From the NCBI GenBank assembly GCA_000270325.1, contig BA000048.1, positions 967,024 through 999,023 of the forward strand: 32,000 nt of DNA. The letters are read 5' to 3'. This DNA is from Candidatus Caldarchaeum subterraneum (lineage in GTDB: Archaea > Thermoproteota > Nitrososphaeria_A > Caldarchaeales > Caldarchaeaceae). Shown in pieces: positions 1-9,176 of the stretch. The position numbers were made by a program, and so were the translations under genes. The notes beneath the pieces were generated by a model. It did no database searches, was not told the origin of the DNA, and saw nothing but the letters and a program-made list of their open reading frames with translations. Numbering within the stretch: the first letter of the stretch is position 1; each line of letters starts with the position of its first letter.

Positions 1-1995
1 CAAGAGGGAATTGAAAGTCATCGCTTCGCCAAGGCTTCGCAGGAAACCAGCGGTCTTCCTGATCCCGCAAGAGGGAATTGAAAGTGTTACTAGTGTGTGC
101 TTTCATTCTGCTCTATCTGCTTCTGATCCCGCAAGAGGGAATTGAAAGCATCGGCTGCAGCGCCGGTCATGTTCGCGTAGTTTTGCTCCACCTGATCCCG
201 CAAGAGGGAATTGAAAGGTATCCTTCCCCGGGCACGCTCATGGACAGCCTCAGGTAACCCCTCTGATCCCGCAAGAGGGAATTGAAAGTGGTGCCTGACA
301 CGCCTGAGCTCTCAGCATATAAGCTGATCCCGCAAGAGGGAATTGAAAGTAAAGACATAGGCAGGTATGGTTTTCTCTCCAGCTGCCTCTGATCCCGCAA
401 GAGGGAATTGAAAGTTATGCTACTTCAGAGCACAAGCTTATCATAGAATTAGAGCCTGATCCCGCAAGAGGGAATTGAAAGAGCCCTCAAAGACCTACAC
501 CGCCTACGGCCTAGACGCCTCCCCCCTGATCCCGCAAGAGGGAATTGAAAGAATCGTCTCATAACATTCATGGGCGAGGCTGACCACGATGGCGTCAACT
601 GATCCCGCAAGAGGGAATTGAAAGTCGGCGACTTCGTCAGAGATGTTGCGGAAGTTAATATTAGCGCTGATCCCGCAAGAGGGAATTGAAAGTCTACCAC
701 TCTTCATCGTTGCTATATTTTTGTGAATTACTTTCTGATCCCGCAAGAGGGAATTGAAAGAACTCATGCCGCTTATAATATATCTACGCTTAACAACCCC
801 GCCTGATCCCGCAAGAGGGAATTGAAAGCCTCAGAAACAGTAGATAATTTTTACCTACAATTCCATATGCTGATCCCGCAAGAGGGAATTGAAAGCCATG
901 TAGTGCTGAAAACTTGCAATTCCAAATTGCATCTTGAGCTGATCCCGCAAGAGGGAATTGAAAGCTAGGTCTCCAGGAGCGGATGGACTTTATCATGGCT
1001 AAAGCTGATCCCGCAAGAGGGAATTGAAAGCCGCGGATGTTCTTTTGAACATCAACTGCTGCGATGGCTACTACTGATCCCGCAAGAGGGAATTGAAAGC
1101 GAGTTGCACATCATTGACCTCGGCATCATTTCTGAAAATCTCTGATCCCGCAAGAGGGAATTGAAAGCACCTATACGCCGCAGACCAGCCACTTCTACCC
1201 TGGCCGCGGCGCTGATCCCGCAAGAGGGAATTGAAAGTCCTGATTGGTTGGGGGCCTCTGCCTCGGACTCGGTCTCAGACTGATCCCGCAAGAGGGAATT
1301 GAAAGCATCTACTAGTTCGCCAACCTGCCCACGCCTACCGCGAATCCCCTGATCCCGCAAGAGGGAATTGAAAGTTTAATAGTTATTCTTTTAACAGTGC
1401 GCGATTCTGCATCGCGCTGATCCCGCAAGAGGGAATTGAAAGTCTTCAGCGATGCTAATCAACACCCTCGCCATAACCGCCGCTGATCCCGCAAGAGGGA
1501 ATTGAAAGTGTTGTTGAACGACTCGGATAAGCGTTCAGCCAGCCATGAAACTGATCCCGCAAGAGGGAATTGAAAGTTATGCTGCTGGTGATTCCTCGAC
1601 GACTACTTCTACTTCTACTCTGATCCCGCAAGAGGGAATTGAAAGTTGGCGATGTGCCAAGGTAGCTGTTCGAGGTCCGGCGAGACAATCTGATCCCGCA
1701 AGAGGGAATTGAAAGACCACATCGGCAATCACATTCGCTTGGATGGCTTGTGGCTCTGATCCCGCAAGAGGGAATTGAAAGTGAAAGCATGAACGAAATA
1801 ATGGTAGCGAATAATTCTTCCGTCTGATCCCGCAAGAGGGAATTGAAAGGCAACCGTCAGCACGTGGCTTGCAGGGACGAGGTTCTCCCTAAGCTTCTGA
1901 TCCCGCAAGAGGGAATTGAAAGTATTATCATAATTGGTTGAGGTGAATGAAGTGATAGAAAGTTCGGAACTGATCCCGCGAGAGGGAATTGAAAG
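1..1995 (+). CRISPR. CRISPR array: 29 complete plus 1 window-truncated copies of the 26-nt repeat CTGATCCCGCAAGAGGGAATTGAAAG, with 29 spacers of 35-47 nt. Transcription is probably left to right.
   Basis: Repeat starts read off the sequence: 59, 123, 192, 263, 324, 389, 456, 526, 599, 667, 735, 803, 870, 939, 1005, 1074, 1142, 1212, 1280, 1349, 1417, 1483, 1551, 1620, 1690, 1756, 1824, 1897, 1970. A partial repeat occupies 1-17. The repeat ends in ATTGAAAG, the classic 8-nt Cas6-generated crRNA 5' tag, on the + strand. It has a weak internal stem, TCCC/GGGA. The array runs off the left edge, so the leader is not in the window. Confidence 0.97.
1970..1995 (+). repeat. Degenerate terminal (trailer-end) CRISPR repeat
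   Basis: It reads CTGATCCCGCGAGAGGGAATTGAAAG, with an A->G change at 1980. It is the only variant repeat seen and the last one before the cas genes. This fits a leader-distal end. Confidence 0.85.
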
Positions 1996-2005
1996 GATTG
2001 GTTGG

Positions 2006-2953
2006 CTATGTTTTCGGCCCGCGGCCCCCAGACTCTGCAGCAGTAGATTGATTACTACAATATTTCAGATAGGGACAATATCTATCACATTCTGGCGGAA
2101 GACCGGGGTCAACCTTCTCGGCGACAACTCGACAAAACAAGTCACGCCGCTCAACAAACTCCAGCCTCAACTCATCATCCACATGAACAAAATTCTCAAA
2201 AACCTTGTAAGAACCATCCCTCTTCACATCCACGTAAAGAAGCAAGGCATGATTCACAGGAACCCTAAACTGAGCCTCAAAAGACAAGGCATAACCCGCC
2301 AACGCAACCTCATGAAGACGCGAAGGACGCCGCGTCTTAAACTCCACCAAAATCGAGGGAGGAATCAACGCATCAACACGTATAGCACGGTTAAGCCCCA
2401 GAGGACGCCCATCCACAGGAAACTCACAAACCCACGGCACAACCCTGTAAACAACACCATCCCAGCCAAGATGACGCGAAAGAGACAAAACACGATCCAG
2501 ACAAGAAGAATAAGTCAAACACGCAGAACCCCACAACGAGTCAAAAACCCTCTCAAACCCATGGAAAACACGTCTCCCACGAATACCCTCACCCATGTCC
2601 ATCATCAACTCATACAAAACACGCCCACTATTCGGACGACGATGATAAAGAATACCCTTAGCAACAGTAGAAGCTTCAACAATCACGTTATGCACAGCCT
2701 GCCCCAGAAACAGCTCCTCACCAGCCCTCTCACCAACCCGTGCAACATGACGCAGATAAGCCAACCTACCCGAATCACATCCAAAAGAAAGATCAGAAGC
2801 ATTAACACGGACACGATAAGGCGAAAGAAGCGGAGGCTCACGCCACCTCCAACCCCGCAACTCCTCACTAACAGCAGAAGGCGTCTCCTGAAAAACCTGC
2901 AAAACCCTCACAACATCATCAAAAGTATAAAACACCACAAACAAAACAAACAA
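2006..2953 (-). CDS. csa1: Cas4-family RecB-fold nuclease, Csa1-like (315 aa)
   Basis: An N-terminal Cys (FGCDSGRLAYL) is present. RecB motifs are D...ExK (RVDALIPPSILVEFKTRR) and a Q/HxxxY-like segment (HEVALAGYALSFE). A C-terminal Cys cluster reads ECDRYCPYLKYC. About 300 aa fits Csa1 better than a roughly 200-aa Cas4. The gene lies next to the array. Confidence 0.62.
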   Translation of the reverse strand: MFVLFVVFYTFDDVVRVLQVFQETPSAVSEELRGWRWREPPLLSPYRVRVNASDLSFGCDSGRLAYLRHVARVGERAGEELFLGQAVHNVIVEASTVAKGILYHRRPNSGRVLYELMMDMGEGIRGRRVFHGFERVFDSLWGSACLTYSSCLDRVLSLSRHLGWDGVVYRVVPWVCEFPVDGRPLGLNRAIRVDALIPPSILVEFKTRRPSRLHEVALAGYALSFEAQFRVPVNHALLLYVDVKRDGSYKVFENFVHVDDELRLEFVERRDLFCRVVAEKVDPGLPPECDRYCPYLKYCSNQSTAAESGGRGPKT

Positions 2954-2980
2954 AAAACACGTAAAAAAACATTAAACAAC

Positions 2981-3904
2981 TCAAGACCTCTCCCTAAGCA
3001 ACCCAACCATCTCACCCACATCCTCCGTAGTAGGCGAATATTTGAAAGGATTCGCCAAAAACACACCTCGCCTATCAGAGCCATCCCCCAGTTTGATAAA
3101 CCAGAACCGCTGGCCCACCAGCCTAAGAAGACCAAGCCCCGTACTCTTCCCAGCACCAAGCTGAAGCCCAAGCTTACCAACCCACTCCAGAACACCAGCA
3201 AAGACCCTCGAATCACTCTCACCCGGCAAAAGATTATCTGCCACAACCCTCATCCTAATTCGCTCACCCGGCGGAACAACCTCGGTGAAACGCAGCACAT
3301 CACCCTTAGCTTTTCCCGTCGACCGCTCAATCCCGACACCAGGCCTAATATGAACAGCCAACACATCGAGAAAAACATCAAACACCCTAAACTTCCCCGC
3401 CAACACCCCATTACCCATCAACCGCCCAACAGGACAATTAGCAGCCAAAAAATCACCAAACAACTCATACCCCACATCACTCTCCAACACATCCTCCCTC
3501 AACTCATCCTCACCATAACCAAGATCAAGCAAAGTAGCCAACTCAACCCCCCTCAAATCACCAACACGAACCTGCTCCCTCAACGCCTTGACAAAACTCC
3601 TGTAACCCTCCTCATAATCCGGATCACCGCTTCTCTTAGCATAGACAATTCCCTTATCCGTTTCTTGATAGCACTTTAACGCCACCCTCTCATACCCATG
3701 CAGGGAACCCATCATGCTTTTCGCCACAACCTCGGCAACCCATCTAAACGCGCCCTTGAACGTCGACGCAGGTATCACAACCCTTCCTCCAACCCTCAAC
3801 ATACTCCGCATCGCACCAAAACCTCCAGCACCAACATGTAGCGGGGTCTCTAGTTCGAAGACAAGCTCGCCTACAAGCTTGTTGACCAAGTGGTTAAGAT
3901 GCAT
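2981..3904 (-). CDS. Type III RAMP, Cas7 family (Csm3/Csm5/Cmr6-like), 307 aa
   Basis: Motifs seen: ETPLHVGAGG...VVIPASTFKGAFRW, GVGIERSTGKAKGDVLRFTEVVPPG, and the G-rich loop LGAGKSTGLGLLRL. It overlaps the upstream gene by 11 nt. Confidence 0.78.
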   Translation of the reverse strand: MHLNHLVNKLVGELVFELETPLHVGAGGFGAMRSMLRVGGRVVIPASTFKGAFRWVAEVVAKSMMGSLHGYERVALKCYQETDKGIVYAKRSGDPDYEEGYRSFVKALREQVRVGDLRGVELATLLDLGYGEDELREDVLESDVGYELFGDFLAANCPVGRLMGNGVLAGKFRVFDVFLDVLAVHIRPGVGIERSTGKAKGDVLRFTEVVPPGERIRMRVVADNLLPGESDSRVFAGVLEWVGKLGLQLGAGKSTGLGLLRLVGQRFWFIKLGDGSDRRGVFLANPFKYSPTTEDVGEMVGLLRERS

Positions 3905-5024
3905 AGTGGACCAACTCCTTCAAAGGCACCAACATGTTGAACCCTGGAAGAAAACCTTCACCAACACTCTCAACAGTGCCAAGATACGCAAGGGCACCCA
4001 ACGCCTCATCACTGCAATCCCTTTCCAAAACAAGCAGAGAACCCGCCGCTCTCCCAACCACCCAAGGCCTCGGAACACCTGAGGCAAGATCCCAGCCAAG
4101 GCTAATCCACATCATCCTCCCAAAAACCCTCACAACCCTAACAACCGTATTCGACATCAAACCAAATTTTGCAGCAGCCCTTGACAAATCAATAACCCGC
4201 GGAAAAGTCGACGGCTGGCTCGGGTTAGACATGTCGAGGGTTGGGGAAAGCGCATACAACACCCTACACCCATTAGACAAGTTCTTCACGCTTCTACCAC
4301 CCACAACCCACGTCTCAACCATGCCAAACCCCCTCGAAACCCCTCTCCCAACATGCAGAACAAACTTGCTTCGCGGAAAATCGATAGAGCCTGGCACAGC
4401 AACCGTCGCCCAGTACTCAAGACCGGGTGAAAGAGCCTCATAATGATAAAGAAGACCTTTGACACCAGAGGCCCGTGACTTGCTAATAGCCACAGAAACA
4501 CTGTAAAGCTCTCTAGGCACCCTATCGTCATCAGCACTCGAGCCTTCGCGTTTTTCTCCAAGCATCTTTTTATCAGCCCTGAACTCGCCGTTAACCACTG
4601 TTAGAAACTCGTTAGGGTGAAGAGGCCTCAACGCCCTATGCCCCTTGTCACATTCAACACTCCAGCCAAAACCATCTCCATCCACAAGCCTCCTCTCCAA
4701 ATCCCTTATACTCTTCTCGCCAACAATTTCTCCACACTGTTTACATTTACTAATGAAAGGATGCGCCGGCACAGTTCTCGCTCCACCTGACACAGGGTAA
4801 GCGGGCGAGGACACAATCTCAGGGCTCAGCTTCTCCCTCTTCAACTGCGCTGCATCCAAGTATCCCTCTCTGTAGAGGGCGGTCACCAACGCTCCCCGCA
4901 GTGTAGTGGATGGAATGTATCTCAACGGGCTGAGGAATCCTGTCGCCGTCCTTCTCCGCGTAAGGATTAGCGGACTCTCGAGCCTTAGCCTAATCTCTAA
5001 AACCTTCACCGAGTCCAAAGCCAA
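3894..5024 (-). CDS. Type III RAMP, Cas5-group (Csx10/Csm4/Cmr3-like), 376 aa, with a Cys/His insertion
   Basis: The N-terminus reads LESPLILT...YIPSTTLRGALVTALY, resembling the Csx10 yIPGStlrGala motif. The G-rich loop is HVGRGVSRGFGMVE. It is the only non-Cas7-looking RAMP in the operon. The subfamily call is from memory of family motifs. Confidence 0.6.
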   Translation of the reverse strand: MALDSVKVLEIRLRLESPLILTRRRTATGFLSPLRYIPSTTLRGALVTALYREGYLDAAQLKREKLSPEIVSSPAYPVSGGARTVPAHPFISKCKQCGEIVGEKSIRDLERRLVDGDGFGWSVECDKGHRALRPLHPNEFLTVVNGEFRADKKMLGEKREGSSADDDRVPRELYSVSVAISKSRASGVKGLLYHYEALSPGLEYWATVAVPGSIDFPRSKFVLHVGRGVSRGFGMVETWVVGGRSVKNLSNGCRVLYALSPTLDMSNPSQPSTFPRVIDLSRAAAKFGLMSNTVVRVVRVFGRMMWISLGWDLASGVPRPWVVGRAAGSLLVLERDCSDEALGALAYLGTVESVGEGFLPGFNMLVPLKELVHYAS

Positions 5025-5641
5025 TCCCCCAACTCATCCAGCAAACCATGCCACTCACTGGCCAAGTCACTCCGCAGCTCATCCGTGTCCTCAAACTTCA
5101 AGTCAACGGCCGAGGCACGTCCAAACCTATCCATCCTAAGCTCAGCAGCAGCAAGAAGCAGTAATGGAAGCAAACTAATAGCATCTTCACCATACCTAAC
5201 ACTGCCAACAAACTCAACACCTGTAACCACCTCTGCAGAGTAAAGACCACGCTCCAACGCCCTCAAAGTAGAGTCCTCAATATGCACACGCGTGACAGCC
5301 CAAGGAGCCGCCTTCGCTGCAGGGACAAGGTCGCTGAAGAAAACAACGGGAAGATAGCTCCTAGACGGAGAGCCGAAAAGCTTGCAGACATCACACAACC
5401 CATCACCATGCGCACGCGAAATCAAATCCGGCCTAACTTGTCCACAGGAGCTGAAGCCATAGGATCTCGCCACACGGCTCGCAGCAGACCTCAAAACCCC
5501 CTTAAAACTCGCCCCCGGAATATACAAACTTCTACCACCCTTCCCATATATGCTGGTAAACACAATGTCTGGTCCAACCGAGGCCGGGGCTGAGCCACCG
5601 ACCGTTAACAAGCCAACAGGCCTAACACTCACCCTAAACAT
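5006..5641 (-). CDS. Short type III Cas7-family RAMP (Csm3-like), about 211 aa
   Basis: Motifs seen: LYIPGASFKGVLRSAASR and CDVCKLFGSP (the CxxCxlFG motif). I prefer the ATG at 5639-5641, which lies 2 nt after the cas10 TGA at 5644-5646. The ORF track's start at 5647 is a TTG. Confidence 0.75.
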   Translation of the reverse strand: MFRVSVRPVGLLTVGGSAPASVGPDIVFTSIYGKGGRSLYIPGASFKGVLRSAASRVARSYGFSSCGQVRPDLISRAHGDGLCDVCKLFGSPSRSYLPVVFFSDLVPAAKAAPWAVTRVHIEDSTLRALERGLYSAEVVTGVEFVGSVRYGEDAISLLPLLLLAAAELRMDRFGRASAVDLKFEDTDELRSDLASEWHGLLDELGDWLWTR

Positions 5642-5643
5642 TC

Positions 5644-8229
5644 TCAAATCATCCCACCCCCCAGAAACTTGATCAAGACATCAACATCAAAGAAAGGAAC
5701 TAAGGGCATCCCGTGGTCAGAACTCGTGGAAACAAGCCGTAGAAGCTTAAGGTATTTTCCCTTCTCCTCATCATTTCCCACATTAGCCATCCTGGCTAAA
5801 TGGGTGACCAATATTCTGTTTTCTTGACCCGGCATCCCGATTGTCTGAGGAACACCAGCAGATTCGATGACTTTTTGACGCAGGCCCTTTAGATACTTCT
5901 TTCTATCGTTTTCACCTACCCTGGATGCTTGGTAGGCGTAAGCGAAAGCCTGAGGGCCGTCGAGCGGAATATCCAGTTTGGTGAAAAACTCTCTAATACC
6001 TTGTATCGAGAAGGGCTGGAGAGTGGCAAACTTCTGCTTCGCCAGCGTTTTTCTCCACATAACCGTGGCCCGCGACAGTATACCTCCCTCGACGTAGTCA
6101 AACGCCACACCTCCTCCAGAGCCCTGCTCACGGCCCACTTTCTTGGCATCATCCAAAAGCGCCGATGCAGCATCTATTAGAGTCCAGACATCATGTCTCG
6201 GTGGCGCGGAAGCTATTCCCACGCTGAGCGTCCTAACACGCCCCATTGATTCGGCGAAGTAGTGGGCGATTCTCTCGGCAAGTATAATAGAGCACCAGCT
6301 GGGACACAGCAGCAGAGCATCGTCGCCGCCTGCATAAAGAAGGCCGAGAAAACAGGATGCAACAGACCGTATGGCATCTTCGCGGTCAAGCTCTCCAACC
6401 CCGTTAAACAAGTCAATCAATGATTTTTCTATAGCGTCTTTGAGAGCAATGTCTACACGCGCACTTCTCTCAATCATGTCACTAATGGACACCGAGTTGG
6501 CGAAAAACTCCCCCATCAAGTTACCGTCCAACTTTACAACGGCTACGTTCCTGACTCTCTCGTCGGGTTTCTGCGACGGGGTTCTGTGACCAGCCACCAC
6601 ATACATAACGTCAAAAGATTGTTCATCCCCCCAGTCGCCGAAAACTTTCTCTGGAACCATGTCAACGCCGGAGACCCTGACACCGGTGTCCCACTTCTTC
6701 TTGAAGTGAATATTGCTTCCCACCTCGTAAAGCTCCCTACAGATGTGGCATTTATCATCGTTTGGTGCAGGAGGGTCTCTGTAACAGCTTGTGCAAAGGC
6801 TTGGCGAGGCTCCGGAAATAGGCGCTGCTACTATGGTTTGTGCAGCGGGCTCCGACGTCAATTTCCTAATGTAGCTTTCCCCAGAAAGTTCACCATTGTC
6901 CCTGTAGTAGTTCCCTGTAAAACGTGCTGAGGCGAAGAATGCTCTTAGCCCAATTTCTTCAAGCGGTATGGAAATGTCGCGCCAACTATTCTCTAACTCG
7001 TTTGCGATTTTCTCTGGTAGTAGGAGCGTCAATGCACCTCCGCTGATTATTATGAAGGCTTCATGAGGTATCCACACTCCGCAGAGCCTCGCCATCTCAT
7101 TTTGTATCAGTATGGGTAACTGGGTTGATGTCACCATATCTATCACTAGGCTCGATGCCGCAACCGAGCGCAGGTCGCGAGTCCTCATAATGAATTCCTG
7201 AATGCCTCCTATGTCTATTTGGCAAAGTCGTAATTCATGGTTTTGCACATCTTCCATTGTTCTCAGTTTTATGAAAGTCTCCGGTTCGCTGAGCTTTTTT
7301 GCAGCTTTTTCGCTGAGTATCCGAATTGAGTCAGGGTTCTTCTCATAGACTCTTCGCCAATATTCCCATGCTTGTTTTCCAGACCTGTAGCCCGTCTCTC
7401 GATCCACGTCATCCGCGGGGCCAAAAATATTGTCGGTTAGCGTGGATAACCTATCGCTGGCCGCAGCCAACCGATCAGCTCTGTTCAAAATACTGGATAA
7501 ACCTGTAGCTCCTTCAAAATGATGTTCCCGTACGAATTCCACAAGATCATTTAACTGGTTATCCCTTAAGATGCCTGACAACACTTTTTCAACAACTTCG
7601 GTATTTTGGTAGTGTTTTTCGAAGTCGTAGGGTTTTGAGATGTCGTGAAACATTGCTGCGAGTCTTAATTTAGCTCCATCCTCTCTACTGTATTCGTTCT
7701 CCACTGCATAAGACCATGCGATGGTGGAGGTGAGCAATAAGTGAGATAATAAGCTTGATGTATTGTAGAGCGGTCTTGTGTCAGCGGGGATTGTGAACCA
7801 GAGTTCTGTTAGTTCAGATAATTTGTTGAGCAGATGTTTCTGTAAACTTTTTACCGCATCGCTGTAATCAAATATTTTTTTTAGAAATTTTATGGGATGC
7901 TGAGTTTCTATTTTAGCGTGTCCTGTTCTTATTATGGGGTAGAAGAGATAGGGGGCGGGAGCTAGGCCTAGTAGTGGGGGTCTAATGAGTGGTGCCTTGA
8001 GATAGAAGCTGATCATGTCGCCCACGAGTTCAAGCCGCTGCACATCGCTTAAACCACTTGCCATGTTTACTACAGATTGGATAAATTGTCTAAGGGAATC
8101 GAGTGCTTCATCCCATTTATCCACATGCTCTTTCTTCATCTCTTTTGTGTAGCTTTGTTGCCCGTTTTCGATGAATGGTATGATGTTGGCTTTGTATATG
8201 GGGAAGCCGGGTGACCTGAAGCTTGTCAA
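5644..8229 (-). CDS. cas10: Cas10, type III large subunit (861 aa), HD nuclease and GGDD cyclase motifs intact
   Basis: The HD motif is AAMFHDISKP (about residues 195-196), with an upstream His in SLLSHLL. A Zn-finger-like segment reads CTSCYRDPPAPNDDKCHIC. The Palm motif is LLYAGGDDALLLCP. The start codon is a TTG that overlaps the upstream gene's TGA. Confidence 0.93.
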   Translation of the reverse strand: MTSFRSPGFPIYKANIIPFIENGQQSYTKEMKKEHVDKWDEALDSLRQFIQSVVNMASGLSDVQRLELVGDMISFYLKAPLIRPPLLGLAPAPYLFYPIIRTGHAKIETQHPIKFLKKIFDYSDAVKSLQKHLLNKLSELTELWFTIPADTRPLYNTSSLLSHLLLTSTIAWSYAVENEYSREDGAKLRLAAMFHDISKPYDFEKHYQNTEVVEKVLSGILRDNQLNDLVEFVREHHFEGATGLSSILNRADRLAAASDRLSTLTDNIFGPADDVDRETGYRSGKQAWEYWRRVYEKNPDSIRILSEKAAKKLSEPETFIKLRTMEDVQNHELRLCQIDIGGIQEFIMRTRDLRSVAASSLVIDMVTSTQLPILIQNEMARLCGVWIPHEAFIIISGGALTLLLPEKIANELENSWRDISIPLEEIGLRAFFASARFTGNYYRDNGELSGESYIRKLTSEPAAQTIVAAPISGASPSLCTSCYRDPPAPNDDKCHICRELYEVGSNIHFKKKWDTGVRVSGVDMVPEKVFGDWGDEQSFDVMYVVAGHRTPSQKPDERVRNVAVVKLDGNLMGEFFANSVSISDMIERSARVDIALKDAIEKSLIDLFNGVGELDREDAIRSVASCFLGLLYAGGDDALLLCPSWCSIILAERIAHYFAESMGRVRTLSVGIASAPPRHDVWTLIDAASALLDDAKKVGREQGSGGGVAFDYVEGGILSRATVMWRKTLAKQKFATLQPFSIQGIREFFTKLDIPLDGPQAFAYAYQASRVGENDRKKYLKGLRQKVIESAGVPQTIGMPGQENRILVTHLARMANVGNDEEKGKYLKLLRLVSTSSDHGMPLVPFFDVDVLIKFLGGGMI

Positions 8230-9176
8230 GCCTGCGTCACCTCCTGAACATTTCTCAGGTGGGGACCCAGCTTCGTTTTCATTTCGCTGACCAAGTCTCT
8301 GACTAGGTTTTCCAGCTCTGTGCCTGTTATTGGTTTTCCCCGGACTTGGTTTCTGAACTGTTCAGAGAATTCTGAGAATGTGAGTGATTCGAGGATGTAT
8401 CTTATTTTGCCTATTGGTTTGCCTCCGATGTTCCCGACGTATTTGAGCCGGCCTAAGAGGACGGTTTTGCCTGTGGCTGTTTGTTGGATGCCTAAGCCGT
8501 GGAGGAGTAGGCCCAGTTCATGGGGTTCTAGGTTGCGGAAGGTAATCGAGCCTCTGAAAACCGATTTTGGTGGTGCAGTCCTCAGCTTAAGCCCGTGCTG
8601 TCCGGCCACATTCTCCAAGACAACTTTTTCGCCCACGAAGTCTGTGAACGCGACCAGCCCGCTGAGACCGGCTGTTCCAAACATGTCGCAAACCATGCAA
8701 ACATTTTGGCTCTTTGTGTAATCGCATGGAAACCCCCTGTCCTCGTCCAACACATTACCCCAAACTTTTCTATGTCTATACGCCCTTCTATCCCTCGCGA
8801 ACTGTGGAGGCGATGCTTTTATGAAGCATGATGGTGTTTTTCCGTTGTTGTTTGTGAGGCTGAGCTCAATCCGAGACCTTACGTTGCCTTTAACGCTCGA
8901 GCCCGGGATGCATGGTTTGTCGTCGACGATAACCATGTCCAAATAATCTAATCCAATTTTTGCTGCTTGGGCTTCGATGGTTTTTTCCCAACCCGTTTTC
9001 TCGAGGCTTTTCAGTATTTCATCGGGGTTGGGGGCCTCATAGTGTGCTATGCCGCTTCCGACGTGTAGGTAGCTCTCTGTATTTATTGAAACTTTTAGGA
9101 TGCCTGTCAGGTTTCGGTAAACGTTGCGTGGTCTGGGTTGGTTACGTATCACGGTTACCCTAGCTGAGGTTGACAC
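8226..9176 (-). CDS. Type III RAMP, Cas7-like (316 aa)
   Basis: Motifs seen: SYLHVGSG...CIPGSSVKGNVRSRIE, CMVCDMFGTAG, and the distal loop LLGRLKYVGNIGGKPIGK. It has a GTG start and overlaps the upstream gene by 17 nt. Confidence 0.72.
   Translation of the reverse strand: MSTSARVTVIRNQPRPRNVYRNLTGILKVSINTESYLHVGSGIAHYEAPNPDEILKSLEKTGWEKTIEAQAAKIGLDYLDMVIVDDKPCIPGSSVKGNVRSRIELSLTNNNGKTPSCFIKASPPQFARDRRAYRHRKVWGNVLDEDRGFPCDYTKSQNVCMVCDMFGTAGLSGLVAFTDFVGEKVVLENVAGQHGLKLRTAPPKSVFRGSITFRNLEPHELGLLLHGLGIQQTATGKTVLLGRLKYVGNIGGKPIGKIRYILESLTFSEFSEQFRNQVRGKPITGTELENLVRDLVSEMKTKLGPHLRNVQEVTQA

Noticed and set aside
167-1853. Six minus-strand ORFs of 68-132 aa inside the CRISPR array
   Set aside because: Their products are built from repeat-derived peptides that recur in every frame (SIPSCGI, FNSLLRDQ, FQFPLAGS). 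They are translation artefacts of the repeats.
1-1995. Self-targeting spacers matching elsewhere in the window
   Set aside because: I compared the 29 spacers by eye with the rest of the window and saw no convincing match. This is a weak negative and needs a BLASTN check.
1934-3679. A 581-aa plus-strand ORF, the longest ORF in this part of the window
   Set aside because: It lies antisense to csa1 and a RAMP gene, both of which carry clear family motifs. Its product is low-complexity (T/P/N/K/Q/R/H-rich). It stays open only because the + strand here is about 75-80% A+C and so lacks T/G-containing stop codons. The same reasoning applies to 3714-4082, 3934-4443 and 5282-5593.
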